From NCBI GenBank assembly GCA_039545335.1, contig BCIN01000001.1:1596604-1660603 (forward strand): a stretch of DNA of 64,000 nt. The letters run 5' to 3'. Shown here piece by piece: positions 50,075 to 62,576 of this stretch (position 1 is its first letter; each line of letters begins with the position of its first letter). The notes under the pieces are model-generated. The model was not told where the DNA came from. It saw nothing but the letters and a program-made list of their open reading frames with translations, and searched no databases. The DNA is from Kondoa subrosea (lineage: Eukaryota). Made by a program: the position numbers and the translations under genes.

Positions 50075-53000
50075 ATGTCACTGTCTTCCAGATCGAATCC
50101 TCAGTACTATCCTGCAGATCAAGGCTCTTCTTCCACCACTAGAGCATCCGCTTTTCAGAATCAACAGCATCAGAGAGTAGCAAGTGGTGGAAACCGTTCT
50201 GTCCATTCACAGCATACAGATGCAAGTGGTAGACCTGTAACGCACGGCTTGCAATCCAGTCAAGCGAGTCAAGCTTCTGTTAATTCAAGATCATCTGCTC
50301 CTAAAGCTCCTCAGCTGCATGATCTGAATAGAGGTAAGGGATTGATTCCTAAAGTGCATTGCTATTCTTAAGCAAACATGTCTTTGATATTACAGTCATT
50401 TCTCTCTTCAAAGCAAAGGTAAGCTCCAAACTTACATCTCAGACCTTGCTGATCTTGAGACATGAATGCAGAAATTTTACGCAGAAGGTTATCTTTGGCG
50501 AAAAACCGATCTAGGATCTGATGGCAAGCAAGATACTTCACCTCATTCTCACTGGGACAGGTGGTTCGTTCAACTCACAGCTTTCGAACTATCACTATGG
50601 AATGCAAGGGAAATGGAAGCTGCTGCAGCTAGAGGGGAATCCATCGGTCCGTATGTCCAAGATTCTCTCTTCAGAAACAAATTTCTCTGTTTAGCTCATA
50701 TGAATGCTCGTCAGAGAATGGTTGAATATGAATGATTCTTTCGTTTCCGTCGTCGACCCAAAGAACTTGGGTCCGGATGATAGACCTCCTGCAGAAAATT
50801 TCAATCGCTACGTGTTCGCGCTCAACAATGCTGGTGCCAATCGGATTCTGTTTGCAGCGGAAACGGAGACTGAGTTGAGAAAATGGGTCAATTGCTTGAG
50901 ATTGGCAGAATGGGAAGCAGGAAGATTGAATGAGTACGTTCTTTCGTTAAACTGCTATGTAAATTCGCAAATTGATCGTCTGCCTAGAATTTACACTGCT
51001 ACTCTGCTCGGCTTGACTAATCAAGCGACAGCGAGGACACCTTTGATCAAGGGGAAGTATGAAGGGTGAGTACGACTTTAATTCTGGATATCAGATCAGA
51101 TGAGCTGACTCTTTCGAACAGAAATGTGCAAGTTCGGATACCAGGCGATACGACGTTCCGTTCAGCATGGCTAGTGTTGACAGATACAGCTATAGCAGCT
51201 CGCCAAAAACGTCGTGGCTCCATTCTATCCATGTCTTTCTCCTCTCATTCAATCTCCAACATCTCTTCAGGTGGTCCAGAAGAACCTATTGCTCGAGCTT
51301 CTTTTTACGCAACCAAGAAATCCAAGAAACCTTTTTTCACTTTCAATTCCGTCGTTTCTTGCGCTGCAGTGTACCCAGATAACGAAACAGTAATCAACAA
51401 CTCGTCCATTTTTAGAGTGGAGGGTCTTTGCGAATGGGATGGTCAAGGTCATGCTGATTTACCTAAAGGATTGGATTTACAAGCAAAGAGGATTAGTGTA
51501 CAGAAGAGTGTGCAAAAGGGAGAACCCCACGCTAGTGTGATTGTACTGCCTGAGGATACGATGAAATCTCCGCAAATGTCAATGTTGACTTGGGTTCTGG
51601 GTTTTGCGGATGCTTTCAGGGTGAGCATCTCATTCCTTCGTAAAGACAGGGATCCAGACTGATGGTAATTTAATAGCTGTTTGGCAGATCACCGACAAGT
51701 CAACAGATCCTATATGATGTGAGTCGAACTGCTGTTGACACTAAAGCCTGAGCTCATTGTCGAGTAGCCTCGAGCTGCCGAGTCTCCTTATCACGCATAT
51801 CCAAGTAGGATTATTGATCAAATCGGAGATTCATACTGATGTTCCTCGCCAGTTGGACAGAGTCGCGATCGTCTTTTCTTCCATACTGCTCTTATTGAGC
51901 AACTCGAGCCATGGGACAATAGACCTACACACATCAAGTCGAAGTTCCGCGGTATGCTAGTGGAAAGAATGTCAAGGCCTTACACACCGCCTGCAGATCA
52001 CCCTCGCCAACTTGCTTCTAATCCGCATGGACCAATTACAAATGGTCCAAACCCAGAGCAACAGCTTGTACTGAATCCTCATTCGCCTGTACCTTCTGAA
52101 CAGTCAATTCCAAATCAGCAGCAACAACAGATTCTGGCGCAAGAGCAGCAGAAGAACTTAGAAAGGCGAGCTTCTTCTCGGATATCGAAAGCTCCTCCTA
52201 CTCTTCCACCGATCGGTGAATCTCAGATGCATCAAAGACCTTCTTTCAATTCAGCCAATCAAACCAATTCTCAATCCTCTTTGTCTGTTCCAATGTCTGC
52301 TTCCACCTCAAGTTCAAGCTATAGTTCCATGGGTGTTAACAAACTGGCCGGTTTACCTAAATTGGTGACCGACACATCTGCCTATCAGCAGCAGCAACAG
52401 CAGCAGCAGGAAGCCTACCGAAATGAAGTGTCTGAGTTCAGCGCAAGTACAGATGCGCCCTCTCGGATGCAGTCAGCCAACGATGAAGTTCCTTCGTGGC
52501 AGCCTACACCTCAGTCTCGCTCTAGTCTCGCTCAATCTCGCTCAAGCCTAGCATACGAGCAGGAAGAAGTAGTGAACTCGCCTGTTTCAGCTAGTCAGCA
52601 GGAACAGGTTGAAGAGTATCGATCACCAAGTCTAGGTCTTACCGGTCTGAGTCAACCATCTTTCAATCCAACGCAGCATGAAATACCTGTTGCTTCAACC
52701 AGTCGAGCACCAATCGCAAGGAGAGACACAGTAGATGAATCGCCAGACGGACCTCCCAGCCGAGATTCTCTCACCTCACCCATCTTCCATGCGCCTCACC
52801 TAGTACAGCATTTCGCTCGACCTAAACCTGGGAATGAAGATTCTTTCGTTACTGCTCGAATGCCTCCGAATGAAATGGTAATACCAGAATCCGAACGTCC
52901 TCAGCAGCAAGAAGAAGAAGTTGCTCGTCCGTCGCTGAAAACAATGCCAACCGCGATTGAATATGCGCCTATCTCACCTTCTTCTCCAAAGTCCGCTGCA

Positions 53001-54704
53001 AGTGGAGATCGGCGGAATGGAAGTATGCGAGGAAGCGATCTTGGTCATTCTGAAGATATGCTGGCTGCTTTGAGCTTTATTGAAAGAACACCTTCACCCT
53101 CAAATATTCCTTCATCAGCGCAAAGTATTACAACGCATCATTCGGCAGAACCTTCCGTTCATCGCTCTGCGTCTTTGTCCTTACCTCAATCTATTCCGCC
53201 AAGTCGACAACTAAGTTCGTCGACCAGCAGATCTCCTCCTCCTGCTCAGAATAGATTATCTCCCACAGTTCAAAGTTCTTCGCCTGATCGCTATGCTTCT
53301 CCGCGTCAAGCGCAGTCTCAACTGCCAGGACCCATTCCGAACCAAAACTACCCTTCGATCTCCGTCAGTACAGACGGGCCTTTGCCATCTACGTTTGAAA
53401 AATCCAAGCAGGTTGAGCGTGAAAGGGAGCTTGCTCAACAGAAACAGAAAGAAGCGCAGAAACAGGCTTTGCAAAGACCTGGGCGCAAAGCCAACGGCGT
53501 GGCTGCGGGCAAGAAGAAGAAGCTAGGCGATTGGAGCAGTGAAGAGGAAAGCGAAGGTGATGAAGAGGAAACTCCGCATCAATCAACGCGATCACAGCAG
53601 CCTTTAGCCGAATCCCCTACTTCTCCTACTTCCTCGACGGAAGAAGGTCAGCCTCTAGGTCATAAGATAATGGAACATCAACGCTCTGTATCTGGTTCCA
53701 TGCCCTCTTTACCTTCTGGTGTTCCTTATGGAGGTCCGGTTCGACAACTTTCGCGAACACTACCAGTACCTCCTGGTCAGACTTCACCCTTGCCAAGACC
53801 TGAGCGCTCACCTTATCGGGAATCGCCGCCTGGTCACGCGAGATCACTAAGTGGTGCTTCAGCCAGTCATTCTTCCAACTCCAATCCAGGCTATTCACAG
53901 CAGTACTTCCCGCCTGCAGGCAACTCGCAAATGGCTCCACCTTTCATTTCAGCTGCTGATCTGGCACCTACTGGTTTGTTGGAATCCGGCATGCAGAGTC
54001 GTTTTGAGAGATCAGCTAAAGCGCAGGAAGCACAAGCAAGGGAAAGCGGAGCACCATTGATCGATTTGGGAGGTCACACGACTCGTCCGCAAGGTGGACT
54101 TGTCGGTGGTATCGACAACATGCAAAAGGCCCGCAGTCAAGCTATTCGATCAGGTCTTGGAGCAGACAAAGATCGAGATCAGATACGACAATTCGAAGAC
54201 GATAGGCATAGGCAATCTGTTGCACCAGGTCAATTTGGTGCAATGAATCCAATGATGATGATGAATCCCTTCATGTATAATCCGTACATGATGCAGCAGG
54301 GTCCGATGTCAGGAATGGGTATGCCAGCTGGAATGCCTGGATCACCTCAACTTGGTCAACAAGGGAACATGACCCAAGGGATGGATCAGAACCAGCAAGC
54401 TCAGATGCAACAGATGCAACAACAAGCTTTCATGGCAGCACAAATGGCAGCAACTCAAGCTTATCAGATGCAGATGCAAATGTTCCAGAATCAAAATCAA
54501 TCCTTTGCTGGATCCTCCCTCGGCGTCCCATCATTCAATCCAGGATCTTTCATGCATTCGCCTCAACCTTCGATGATAGGATCGGCACCATCAATGATGG
54601 GCTTACCATACATGCAGCCCAATCACTTCGCTGGCGCATCTACTATGGGCAGCCAAATGCCGGAGCAGAATTCAAGAGAAAGTTCGCAGGATAGACAGCA
54701 GTAG
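50075..54704 (+). CDS. PH-domain protein, Skg3/Caf120-like, with long low-complexity C-terminus
   Basis: KFYAEGYLWRKTD..WDRWFVQL..LSLWNA, LNNAGANRILFAA..WVNCLRLAEWE..LNE|IYTATL, GKYEG|..VRIPGDTTFRSAW, WVLGFADAF, AYP; Gln/Met-rich tail. Confidence 0.8.
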
Positions 54705-54781
54705 ACGTGTACATGTATAAATATGATAGATCAGACACGGACAATCAGATAAGAAGCCCTCGCATTTCGGATGTAGACCAT

Positions 54782-55857
54782 ATGCACCCACTTCTGGCTG
54801 TTGCTGAACAAGATCTTACTCTGGTCACCGATGTAGAGGAAGAAGCATGCCGCCTTCTTCCCCTCTCTGCATTGATACTCATTCATTTGGCACCAGATCT
54901 TCGAATTGTTTGTGAATCTCACAGCACAATCTCCTAGCGATGCTACTTCTGGTCTGGGACTAGTAGATCCGTCACAATCACTTCTTTCTATCGACTTCGA
55001 AGTCTCTCCCTTTGCTTCGCCGTCTTCTGTTCGCCTACCGAAAAGTAAGGGCAAATCCACTGCAATCAAATCAAAGCAAGTGACTGCAGAAATACATCAA
55101 GATGTTGCTGCTCTTGCGAAAAGGTCCGGAGAGACTTCTATGGCTTCGCTTTGGCGTGCCTCGTTAGGTTCTTGCAGCTTCGAGTTCATCTCAACTTGGC
55201 TCATCTCGATCTTACCAGTCTGTATCTAGCCCAGTACCTTCTCAGAAACTCTTTCTTCCCTTCAGCTGCTCATCCAGGCTTACTCAATCTCGACAAGTTG
55301 AAAGAAGCAAACGTACTAGAGCTAGGCACTGGAACGGGTCTCCTGCCTAAACTACTACTTGAAGAAGTACCAGACTTCGCTCAGACGTATACAGCTTCAG
55401 ATCAAGCTGCAGCGTTACCTTTGATAAGGAAGAACTCAGGCAAGACTTCAACGAGATTGAAAGTTGAAGAAGTGGATTGGCTTGAGATATCACGGTTACG
55501 AACGAGTGATGTGGATCAGGAGTATAATTTGATCTTATCTGGTCCGTTCCTCCTACTCTCTGCCGTCTCGTTTGTTTCACTTACCTGTTCTGACGAAAAG
55601 TCGATTGCCTTTACCATGAGAGTCTCGCCAAAGCTCTTGCAGACACCATCAAGCACTACACGACTCTCAAAACACTCTGTTTACTGGTCGTCGAGTTGAG
55701 AAGCGATGAACCTGTTCGAGCGTTTCTTGAAGCGCTGTTGGATTCCACGTTGAAGCTATACAGGGTGAACGGATCTGTGTTTGGTGACAATCCATTATCG
55801 TTGTCAAAGTTTGTAGTGTGGACTATTGTAGCTTCCACACACGATCAATCGAGTTGA
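54782..55857 (+). CDS. Seven-beta-strand protein-lysine methyltransferase (Rkm5-like, Methyltransf_16-type)
   Basis: IHQD..RSGETSMASLWRAS, VLELGTGTGLL, YTASDQ, VEEVDW, DCLYHESL, VVELRSDE. Confidence 0.82.
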
Positions 55858-55927
55858 AATTGAGTATATTTCTGAACATTTCTTCTGGTATCAACCACTT
55901 TCTCCTACTCCCAATACAGAGACACGC

Positions 55928-56736
55928 ATGGATGTCACATTGGATTCGATAGAAGATGCTCTGGAAGCATTCAAAGCTGGAGAGTTTCTGGTTGTAGTGG
56001 ATGACATGGACAGAGAAAATGAAGGGGACCTGATTATTGCTGCTTCGCATATAACGACAGAGAAGATGGCATGGCTTATACGGCATTCAAGGTCAGCTCT
56101 TATGCTACCTACTGCTGATGCTGTAGCTGCTGATCCGCTTGATCTTTAAATTCGATCAGTGGTTACATTTGTATATGTTTGCCTGGGAAACGACTGGACG
56201 AGTTGGAAATACCGATGATGGTGGAACAGAATAACGAGAAGCATAGGACAGCTTATACGCATACGGTAGATTACATGGAAGGTTGGTCTTCAGCCATATC
56301 TCATTCTTGGGCCTCAAGGCTAATTAGCTCGATATCTGTACAGGCACAAGTACAGGGATATCAGCGCATGACAGAGCGCTAACGGCGAGGAAATTAGCGG
56401 ATCCTTCTTCTGAAGGGAATCAATTCAATCGACCCGGTCATATGGTTCCGCTTAGGGCTCGCGAAGGAGGTGTATTGACACGGAGAGGACACACGGAATC
56501 TTCTGTCGGTTAGTCTATCCGTGATTACTGCATGATCTAACCTGAAGTATTGTGAAGATCTATGTAAACTCGCAGGTCTACCAGAAGCTGGAATCATTTG
56601 CGAACTGGTGAAGCCAGATGATCCACTAGGTTCGATGGCAAGAAGAGATGACTGTTATGCTTTCGCAAAGCAATGGAAACTCAAGATGATCAGTATAGAA
56701 CAACTAGTAGAGTATAGGCAACGGAATAATGCATAA
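55928..56736 (+). CDS. RIB3: 3,4-dihydroxy-2-butanone-4-phosphate synthase
   Basis: [76 protein letters not shown]. Confidence 0.97.
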
Positions 56737-56760
56737 TTTATTACTACAAACTCTATGGCG

Positions 56761-58595
56761 CTACTGCTTGCCTGTGGCTTCTTTTATTACTTCTGCTAAT
56801 CTCCTGAAAGCTTCATCTGCGTCTTCATCGCTGGTCAAACTGAAACTTGTCCGAACGCAAGCGGTTTTTGTTCCAGACGGCATGAAACCCTGCCAAGAGA
56901 TCAGCGTTCAGTCTGTAGACGTAACTGGATAGCTTACTACACCCGGTACAGCTAAGACACCCTTCTCAACTGCTTTAGTCTTGATGAGTTCAGCACTGTC
57001 GCCCTCTTGTCCCTCAGGGGCGAGATTGAGCTATATACACACGCTCAGCTCAGAGTCGGATTAGCAGCGAACAGTGCATTTACGTGAAGGTAAAGGAACA
57101 TTCCTGCGTTTGGTGTTTGCCAGGTAGCTAATCCAGTCAGGTGTTTTCGTGCAGCAGTTTCAAAGACATCTCTTCTTTGTTTGTAGAAATCCGCGACCCT
57201 GTCCAGACACAAAAGCCGAAATTTAGCATACGCAATGCAGATTCAGCTGTGTGACGGACCTTTTGCAATGCTCTAGTAACCCTTGTTCACCCCATTGCTC
57301 CAATAAAGCCAGAGCAATAGCTTGAGTGAGACTAGCAGTTTGCAAGTTGGTATTAGCAGTGATAATATCCACAGCATCGCATATCGCTTTAGGAGCAGTA
57401 ATGAAACCCAATCGCATTCCGCTTGAAAGGATTTTGGAGAAGGAGTCGAATCGGATTACTCGACCCGTTTGACCATTTACTTCTGGTTCGAGTGTGAAGT
57501 AAGACCGAGCTTGTTTTTCTGTGCCGTAATATAGGAAGTAATAGGCGTCATCTTCAAACAGAAGCAGATCGTGCTTTTTGACTAGCTTGAGTCTGTTGAC
57601 TTAAATAAGTACAAGGAGGACGAACGAGAAGTGAACTCACATTTCTATCTTGCGCTCTTCCGAGGCTGAAAGACCGGTAGGGTTTGATCCTGTCGGAATC
57701 GTCTGTGCAAAAATGCACGAGTTAGCAAAGTCTCGCAAACCGTCCACTTTACGCACATATAGCACTAGAGGCTTTGGCTTATCCGCTGGCCATTCATCTA
57801 GTATCTTTTCAACAGCTTTGGCTGAAATACCATGCTCATCGCAGGGCACCTCTGTATGCTCGCGACATCAACCAATGTACCTTGATGATTCGTGAAATAG
57901 GTGTACGTACCGACCAGCCTGCAATCTATCCCATGTGTCAGACCAATAGTACCAGGGTAAGCAGGAGTTTCCATCAGAACATAATCGCCTGGGTTGACTA
58001 GAGCTTCGAAAGCCTACGAGAGAATAAGATAAGCAATCAAAGCATGAGGATTCACTCACTTTGTTGATCGCATCTTGAGAACCACTGCTCATCGAGATGC
58101 GCCAGCCTTCTTCATTTGGAGAAGGTCGCTTGTGGACATTGCACTGGAATTGTTCTATCCACTACACTGTCACACTTAGCCAGAATACATAGCAATCAGG
58201 AAGAAAGAAGATCACTTTGACCAGCCTAGGTAAACCGGCAGTCGCGCTGTATTGCAGCCCGATATCTAGGTCTTTGCCTTCGACAGAAACAGATGAAAGA
58301 GAAGATGAAGAACCAGGAACAGGCTTCAAGTTGACCTGAACCGAGCTGAAAGGAAACATTATAGGATTGGGTTTCCCAGCAAGAAGAGATATCATATTCG
58401 GCCTTAACTCCAAAGGAAACAAGCCTCGGACTGAGAGACATCGCTGAGCAGGAGTTACAGATCAGAAAAGAATATCAACGAACTCGCAGCAGCTGCGAGA
58501 GCATTTCAGCGTGGACAAGATGATCGGCGCAGATGCGACGCACGCTTGTAAAGCTTGGCTTTGTGCGACAGAAAGCTATCATAGTCAATGTCCAT
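56761..58595 (-). CDS. PLP-dependent aromatic/2-aminoadipate aminotransferase (Aro8-like)
   Basis: RGLFPLELRPNMISLLAGKPNP, LQYSATAGLP, GSQDAI, IPTGSNPTG, FEDDAYYFL, RFDSFSKILSSGMRLGF, VLAVPG, VRTSFS. Confidence 0.93.
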
Positions 58596-59087
58596 GGCTG
58601 ATCCTGTGGAAGGCGGATTGGCGGAAATGAGTCAAGGTTGGTTTAGAACGAATAACGACATATATCCACCCTGGCTGCTTTGCGACTGCTCAAAGATGTA
58701 GCTTACACAGCGTCGGCTTGTGCTATGCATGGATCGTCCAGTAGGCAGATGCCGATCGGTGAATCAGGAATTGTTGGGTTTGGAGGGAGCTGGTTCAATT
58801 TCGCTGCTGCTGGTCACGACATATGCTGCTCCTGCATCTCGATTTGATGATGCGATGCACAAGGCCGAAGAGCTGGGCGAGAAATTATCTGATTGCAGAC
58901 GAGAAAGTCAAAGCATCGAATGACTGCTTGCAGCTCTCTTTGGCCCTGCCTGCACAAGTTTCAAAACAACAAGTATGATGCATCTGTTTCGGCTGCTTCC
59001 AGGCCAATTTAGTGCAATTTCTCAAGTCTGTAAAGAATGCTGCGCCATTCTAGATTATCCAGCTTTATTGTTCCCTTTCGTCCCTTG

Positions 59088-59109
59088 CTCTCTCTCTCTC
59101 TCTCTCTCT
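59088..59109. repeat. (CT)n microsatellite / pyrimidine tract
   Basis: About 11 CT units upstream of the F-box gene. Confidence 0.85.
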
Positions 59110-59192
59110 TTCCTATTGAAGGCTCTAGGTATACTCGGAATAGGGCTCGTTATGGTCGAATGGGTGTTGCCAGGCCTATGTAAGGTGTTTGC

Positions 59193-60415
59193 ATGTATGC
59201 TGGATATACAAAAACGCTTACCATTCTTCCCATTCCTCAAGCTGCCGATGATCAGGACTTGCAACATCACCCACAAGAATATCTCGATAACCTTGCTATC
59301 AATGTGGCTCTGATGCGCATGCGAGAGCACTTTGAAGCGGTCCAAGCTCTTCAAGCCTTGGATCTGAGCGATTTGGAGCGACAAAGCAACGATAGGCTTC
59401 CCCTCAAAGTCAAATTTGCAATCATTGAGCAGGTCTCGAAAAGGGAAATCCAAAGCATCGCTCGTCTTTCCGCAACTTCCCGTTCGTGGGCTTTGGCGAT
59501 CAAAAACGATGTCGCTGGATGGGAAAGAAGAGCAAGACGGCTACATGGATCCAAAAGAGGCGAATTGGTACCGGTCATAATGCCCAGTACGGACGATGGA
59601 ATCACGCCCAGCTCCAAAATAGATTGGTTCAAGACGTTTCTTGCATTGTATAAGGAGCATTGTCTTGGATGCAAAGTATACTTAGGAAATCTAGTCGTTC
59701 AACCAGTCTGGATGCCAAATGAACCAACAAATAGCAAACTATGCAAGCGTTGCGCTGGGAAGCCGGAATTCACCATCATCTGTTTGTCTCGATTCCCTCA
59801 GCACAATTTACACGTCGAAGAAGTGGAACATCTCAGCTTTGCTCCCTATTGGGCCTTTGCTTCAGACAGATACTGTTTCCTGTCTGACATTCTTGGTCTT
59901 AAGATGGAAAAATTAGAGCCTCGAAACATGGAGATTCTTAAGCTGATCAGTCATCTCTCACTCGAAAGAAAAGCCGAAGCTGCAAGACTCTTCCATATGC
60001 TAGAAGAGAGAAAGCAAGGTTTCGCTGGTCAGTTATTGAAAACCTATCAACCATATATTCTTCCGTTTCTCCACCTACTACGCAAGTCTTGGAACGATTT
60101 ATCGGTCTCTACTATAGCTCGTCTTCTATCTTCTCAGCTATCAAAGGATCAGTGAGCAGAAAGTCTTTTCGAGATAATGGATGGTTAGCAAGAGATGGAG
60201 AGAATCAGAAGAGCCGTAGAAGGCCCCGTCGTAGTAGGACGAGAGGAAGCGGTGCTCAGGACGTCGGTACTTCTGCAAATCAGCCTGATCCGCAAGCAAG
60301 ACAAGCTCCGAGACAAAGTGCAGTTCAGGCTGAATCTTGGGATTGTGTTTGCTCAAAAGGAGAAGAAGGAAAGCTATGCTCTAGATGCAAAAGGTTCCGA
60401 AGCAGCGGGAGCTAG
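59193..60415 (+). CDS. F-box-like protein with Cys pairs; ends at 60155 if unspliced, 60415 if a GC-AG intron is used
   Basis: DRLPLKVKFAIIEQV..IARLSATSRSW..WERRA F-box-like pattern; HCLGCK..LCKRC. Start codon uncertain. Confidence 0.6.
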
Positions 60416-60611
60416 AGTTGAAGAAAGGGGAGAGAAAGCGCTTCGAGCAGCAATCATGATAGTCATTTGTAGAACAGAGCATGCCCTTGTTCTGACCAAA
60501 ACATTGCTCAACAAGAGTCTTTAATGCGTTATGTGCCACTGCGCCGCACTAGACGCAACGCTCGAGTTTTACCCAACTTTCCCTACTCTTGACCACGACC
60601 GCATTTATTGT

Positions 60612-61640
60612 ATGCGCTTGTCTGTCCTTCGAGCCTCTAGACGCAGCCTGAAGATTCCTCTACCTCGTACAATGACCTCAGACGCTCGAAAAGCAGAACT
60701 CAGGGCGAACATCGAATCTATTCGTGATGACATAAAAAAGGCAGCAAATGGCAAGACAGAGGTGCGAGGGATTGCAGAGGCCTAGCATAACGTTGCTTAA
60801 GACTACAATTGGTTCGCACAGCCCAGATTGGTCCTTGTATCGAAGCTGAAACCACCTTCCGATATTCTTGCTGCTCACGAAGCTACTGGACACGCTCACT
60901 TTGGCGAGAACTATATTCAGGAGCTTGTAGATAAGGCCGACCAGGTAGGTGCGCTTAGCTTGAGGGGCATCCTAGACTGAGCAAGATTGAATCAGTTACC
61001 GCAATCGATACAATGGCATTTCATAGGCGCGCTTCAGAGCAATAAGTGCAAGACTCTAGCAGGTGAGTCACGTCTACTATGATGTAGCTCTGACTGAATT
61101 AGGGCTCTTGCAGCTATCCCAAATCTATCAACACTTGAGACGTTGGATACGATCAAGAAGGCAGATTTGCTAGAAAAAGCCTTATCTTCGGGTGACAGAA
61201 AGCTCAATGTCTTCTTACAAGTCAACACCTCATCAGAAGAAAGCAAAGCCGGTCTTTCACCAATCAAAGTCGAAGCTTCTTCCTCATCAGTCGACTCAGA
61301 AAGCGAACTCGTTGAACTCGCTAAACACGTTGTCGAATCCTGTCCTCATCTTATATTGAAAGGAGTAATGACTATTGGTTCTTATGAAGCTTCTACCAAC
61401 CCAGATGAAGCGAATCCGGATTTCGAGAACTTGATCGAGACGAGAAATCATTTAGCCAAAATCTTGGGAAAGAAGCAAGAGGAATTGGAATTGTCTATGG
61501 GTATGAGCGCGGATTATGAAGCTGCTATCAAGGCAGGAAGCACCAATGTTAGGGTTGGAAGTAAAGCTTTCGGTCAGAGACCAAGCAAGGAAGAAGCAAA
61601 GGAGCAAAGGGAGAAGGAGAAGCAGGAGTCATCGACGTAG
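60612..61640 (+). CDS. Pyridoxal-phosphate homeostasis protein (YggS/PLPBP/PROSC family)
   Basis: [81 protein letters not shown]. Confidence 0.95.
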
Positions 61641-62576
61641 AAGTGATCGATCTAGCTCAGTAAGTTCTACATTGATCTCAGATTTGGCTTCGCTGATCCA
61701 AATTAGTAGACGCGACTTGCAAGTTCTTAGCGCGTCATATGGACCGCTTAAGCCGAAAAGTGGTGCGTACAGCAGCTGAAGTGCGAAGACAGCCCTTCTG
61801 CAGTTTCATAAAGCATTTAGAAGGGATCTTCTTCAGATCTGCTTCATTAAAGATGTCAGGTCGAAACACAGTAGCTTGCAAAGAAGGAACTGTAAAATAC
61901 AATGCTATGCTGTACAAGTTTGATAGGACGAGACTGAATGCCACGCCCTTGCTGCTTGGAAACGCACATGGCCTTCTCTTGCGCGAGCCGGAAACTACGT
62001 ATGAGTGCACAGACGGTGTTCTTTGCTCCTCAACCACAACCCTTGAAGTTCAATCTGTCTCTTTGTGCCTCTTTTCTGTCTTCTTTAGTCAGTGTCGTAG
62101 TGGATCTGTGAACGTCGTCGCGCTGTTGCAGTGAAATCTACCAAACTTCAAGAATCCGTGCTTTCAGGTCTTCTGCAGGCAAGAGCAGGCGGACAGTCAG
62201 CTGATCAAGTAGGTGTCCAGCATCTCTATTGTACTCTACATAGGCAACTGTAGCGGGAGCTTCACTGGCTCGCGCACCTCACTTAGCGCATCTTTGGAAC
62301 TCCCATGTTTCAGTCTTAGTACCGCTTTGTCAGGCGTCTGTGCTTCTGCCAACTGCCTCAGAAGTTCAGGTCAGAGTTCCTGATCTGTGTTTGCTTCTTA
62401 CACAGGTATTCTAGCGGTCCTGGTCTATTGCATCCAAGATACTGCTGTCGGAATCGCTTCAGTCTTCTCATTTTCCTTTCTAATAGCTTGTGAGTTCGTA
62501 GCTTTCTGTTCGTATATTCGTATGCTAATGTTGCTTGAGTTCATAGCAGTATCAAATCTGTGATCTATACTCAAAC

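Noticed and set aside
55928..61640. Apparent vitamin-cofactor cluster (RIB3, PLP aminotransferase, YggS)
   Set aside because: Different pathways, interrupted by an F-box gene; chance proximity in a compact genome is sufficient.
61735..62134. Overlapping 100-131 aa ORFs upstream of the cold-shock gene
   Set aside because: No motifs or coding-like composition; more likely promoter or long 5' UTR.
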